From: Mercenaria mercenaria
Lineage: Eukaryota
Direction: 5' to 3'
DNA: 64,000 nt
Assembly: GCF_021730395.1 (NCBI RefSeq)
Contig: NC_069372.1
Location: forward strand, 63,039,754 to 63,103,753
The notes beneath the pieces were generated by a model, which was not told where the DNA came from, did no database searches, and saw only the letters and a program-made list of their open reading frames with translations. Each line of letters begins with the position of its first letter. Position 1 is the stretch's first letter. A program made the translations under genes and the position numbers. Positions 60,634 to 64,000 of this stretch are shown piece by piece.

Positions 60634-62124
60634 AACAAGAGCTGTCCGTAAGACAGCCAAGCTCGACTATTCGAAATATTGTCACAGAAGCAGGGAATTA
60701 TTACCCAAAATGTGAAATATCAAAAGAGGTTTAAGTTAGAAAGGGGACATAATTTGACCAAAATACATATCAGAGTTATGGGACTTGATGTTATCAACTA
60801 GTTTTATAACCCCGAAGAAACATGTTAAGTTTCAATTCAATATCTGCATTAGTTTTGGGGATAGTAACTTGCATGTAAAACTTTAACCAGAATTTTTTAA
60901 GTCCAAAAGGGGGAATAATTTGCTCAAAATACATGTTAAGAGTTATGGAACTTGACCCAGTGAGGTTGGTAATTGACCTAGAAAAAGAAAAAATAAGTTT
61001 CAAATCTATATGCCTTTTAGTAATAGCTGTATGTACTTGCACGCAAAACTTTAACCAGGATTTTCTAAGTCCAAAAGGGGGCATAATTTGCCCAAAATAC
61101 ATGTCAGAGTTATGGGACTTGGTGCTATCAACTAGTTTTATAACCCCGAAGACACGTGTGAAGTTTCAATTTAATATCATGTAGTAGTTTTGGAGATAGT
61201 TACTTGCATGTAAAACTTTAACCAGGATTTTCTAAGTCCAAAAGGGGCATAATTTGCCCAAAATACATGTCAGAGTTATGGGACTTGACCCAGTGAGGTA
61301 GGTAATTGATCTAGAAAAAGAAAAATAAGTTTCAAATCTATATGCCTTTTAGTAATAGCTGTATGTACTTGCATGCAAAACTTTAACCAGAATTTTCTAA
61401 GTCCAAAAGGGACATAATTTGGCCAAAATACATGTCAGAGTTATGGGACTTGACCCAGTGAGGTAGGTAATTGATCTAGAAAAGAAAAAATAAGTTTCAA
61501 ATCTATATGCCTTTTAGTAATAGCTGTATGTACTTGCACGCAAAACTTTAACCAGAATTTTCTAAGTCCAAAAGGGGACATAATTTGGCCAAAATACATG
61601 TCAGAGTTATGGGACTTGACCCAGTGAGGTAGGTAATTGATCTAGAAAAAGAAAAAATAAGTTTCAAATCTATATGCCTTTTAGTAATAGCTGTATGTAC
61701 TTGCACGCAAAACTTTAACCAGAATTTTCTAAGTCCAAAAGGGGGCATAATTTGGCCAAAATGAAGGTCAGAGTTATGGGACTTGGTGCTATCAACTAGT
61801 TTTATAAACCCGAAGGCACATGTGAAGTTTCAATTCAATATCTACATTAGTTTTGGAGATAGTAACTTGCATGTAAAACTTTAACCAGAATTTTCTAAGT
61901 CCAAAAGGGGGCATAATTTGCTCAAAATACATGTAAGAGTTATGGAACTTGACCCAGTGAGGTTGGTAATTGACCGAGAAAAAGAATAAATAAGTTTCAA
62001 AGCTATATGCCTTTAAATGATAGCTGTATGTACTTGCATGCAAAAACTTAACCAAGGTGTGACGCCGACGCCGACGCCAGGGTGAGTAGAACAGCTAGAC
62101 TATTCTTCGAATAGACAAGCTAAA
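60634..62124 (+). mobile_element. A-iii-type satellite-carrying element (5' hairpin module, ~9 monomers of ~152 bp, GC-rich tail)
   Basis: The 5' end is aacaagagctgtccgtaagacagccaagctcgactattcgaaatattg. The 3' end is ggtgtgacgccgacgccgacgccagggtgagtagaacagctagactattcttcgaatagacaagctaaaaat. The monomers match the reverse complement of 23100-23900. Confidence 0.8.
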
Positions 62125-62566
62125 AATAACTTGGTTGCCTTCAGTTTTGGTAGAATTATTTCCCCTTTTCAGATTTTTATGACGCATAATTTTTGAAGTC
62201 CAAACAAAATATGTTCTAATGCTAAGTTTTAAACAAAAAAGGGTTCAATGGCTTTCTAATGCTCTAAATAATTGCGCAAGTACATGAATGTATACATTTT
62301 ACTGTGCTTTCACTAACAACATTATAGAAAAATGTTAGTTGTAAAAAAATTGTTCATACATCTGCACTAGAAACAAAGTATTAACCTTAAATACATAGAA
62401 TAAAGGTATTGGTGCACAAGTTTGAGCAATAGAAACACATTAAACCCTTTTCTGTTTTAAAAATTGCATTAAAACATAAATTTTTTGGACTCTAAAAATT
62501 ATGCATCATAAAAATCTGAAAAAGGGAAGTAATACTAACAAAACTGAAGGCAACAAAGTTATTTTT
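62119..62566. repeat. Foldback structure (arms ~80 bp, ~90% identical, ~280-bp spacer), directly abutting the A-iii 3' end
   Basis: aaaataacttggttgccttcagttttggtagaattatttccccttttcagatttttatgacgcataatttttgaagtccaa faces the reverse complement of ttggactctaaaaattatgcatcataaaaatctgaaaaagggaagtaatactaacaaaactgaaggcaacaaagttatttt. Confidence 0.7.
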
Positions 62567-62630
62567 ATTTTAATTAGTGTTTTATCTTAGTATGTGTCAT
62601 ATGTTATGCTTAATCACTGGACCAAGTTTG

Positions 62631-62714
62631 AAAGAAATATCTTCATTATTTTTCAAGAAACATTAGTTTTTATGTCTAAAGCCCGATCGGGCAATGTTAC
62701 CAGCCTGTTGTGTG
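62631..62714 (+). repeat. Right arm of the inverted repeat pair (see 60505-60587). It contains the 12-bp perfect palindrome gcccgatcgggc.
   Basis: See 60505-60587. Confidence 0.65.
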
Positions 62715-63484
62715 CGTTGTCACAACAAAGATGTGACAATGTTCACACAGTATGAAAATGTCAAATAATTCTATGAAATTTTTGTTTTGCATTTTGGTAT
62801 GATACGTACACATATGGTTGTGCGGTAATAATGTACGTCTGTCTTTACTGAAGTGTATTTTTTATAACAATACCCGATCATTTACAGTCCAATTTTTTTC
62901 CGCACTCAAATGCTTTAATTTTTTTTTTATTATGTCTAAAGCCCGATCAGGCAATGTTACCAGCCTGTTGTCTAGAGGTATGGATCAGTACCCCTAGACA
63001 CTTTGGCTTGGCCATGATAAAGTGAACATTTTGCTTTAAGAATGTTAAATGCCGAATTTTAGCTTACTCAGTGTTTGAACTTAATACAGTAGTGGTTTTT
63101 GAATAGTTCATAACCCAAGCTTTCTGGAAATGTATGGTTTTGTATATGAGACTTTATATCTAGAATGAAGAAAATAGCATAATATGACCTAAAATGGCCA
63201 TTTTTTAAAGAAATTGATGTTGCAAAATAAAAACTATTGTTTCTTGAAAGCTGTAAAACATCCACTGTGATTTGTTAATTGAAGTTAAGAATTATTTTCA
63301 GTTCAAGGCACTTTTTACAGAATCAAAATCGGACCAAAATAATAGTTATTTGTATAAAAGTGTACCTTTGTTACAAGTTCTGAGTTTTTCATCCATTTTT
63401 TACGGTAAAGACAAACAAATTAGAAGTAATAGATTTGTAAATAAATTACTGTTGCTGGGTGTATAAAGCATATAACTTCAACTT

Positions 63485-63725
63485 ATTTATTCATTTTGTT
63501 GGGTTTAACGTCGCACCGATACATTATAGGTCATATGGCAACTTTCCAGCTTTGACGGTGGAGGAAGACCACAGGTGCTCCTCTGTGCATTATTTCATCA
63601 CGAGCGGGCACCTGGGTAGAACCACCGACCTTCCGTAAGCCAGCTGGATGGCTTCCGCACATGAAGAATTCAACGCCCCAAGTGAGGCTCGAACCAACAT
63701 TGATGAGGGGAAAGTGATTATAACT
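63485..63725 (-). mobile_element. SINE copy sharing the tail module ...cgacgttaaacccaacaaaa with 30282-30345 and 23960-24012. It contains the B-box-like GGTTCGAGCC.
   Basis: gggtttaacgtcgcaccgatacattataggtcatatggcaactttccagc... (plus strand). The reverse complement begins ...atgttggttcgagcctcacttggggcg. A related tail cggcgttaaaccc occurs in the 31130 and 36326 SINEs. Confidence 0.55.
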
Positions 63726-64000
63726 TCAAATATCTAGTTAACAGTACTACATAAAATGCCTGAATATTTTCTACGAATATATTCAAAATTTTACATTTTT
63801 TGTATAGTCTGTAGGCCCATAATTACAAGGAAACACATACAGAGGCAAATTTTGGTAAATGATGAGATAAAGAATGGGAACAGAAAATTAGTGGCACAGT
63901 AGATGAATTTTCTACAAATTTCAGTAAACAAAATACTGATGCTTTATAACTCTCTGAAAAACTGACATATTAAGTCATTTGTACAGTAGTTATTCTGCTT

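Overview
The window is eukaryotic, AT-rich genomic DNA with almost no coding signal. No ORF exceeds 155 aa, and most of the six-frame ORFs are periodic artefacts of tandem repeats. By eye more than 60% of the window is tandem or interspersed repeat.

The dominant content is a superfamily of non-autonomous mobile elements that each carry an internal satellite-like array (monomers ~150-180 bp) between conserved termini. The 5' end reads (A)ACAAGAG followed by a short hairpin. The 3' end is a GC-rich GACGCC or (GACR)n stretch, then a hairpin, then GAGCTAAAA or ATAAAAA. I see at least six terminus or monomer families, labelled here A-i to A-iv, B and C, in at least 18 copies. Several are nested inside one another or inside other satellites, always at A/T homopolymer runs. 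This matches what is described for Helitron2/Helentron-derived satellite-carrying elements (pearl/HINE-like tandem-repeat-containing MITEs) of bivalve molluscs. Bivalve is my best guess for the source; I cannot verify it.

Other content:
- a ~10-kb higher-order repeat (basic period ~1.05 kb) built around a captured transposon terminus
- tandem arrays with ~470-bp, ~170-bp, 34-bp and 30/60-bp monomers; the 170-bp monomer looks like a mini intron plus exon
- tRNA(Arg-like)-derived SINEs with 5'-truncated copies
- several MITE/foldback candidates and long palindromes
- a (AT)n(AC)n microsatellite

The only credible protein-coding signal is a GC-rich exon-like segment with a conserved splice acceptor, present in two diverged copies (3846-4252 on the + strand and ~55100-55440 on the - strand). 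No rRNA, functional tRNA, CRISPR array or prokaryote-style operon is present.
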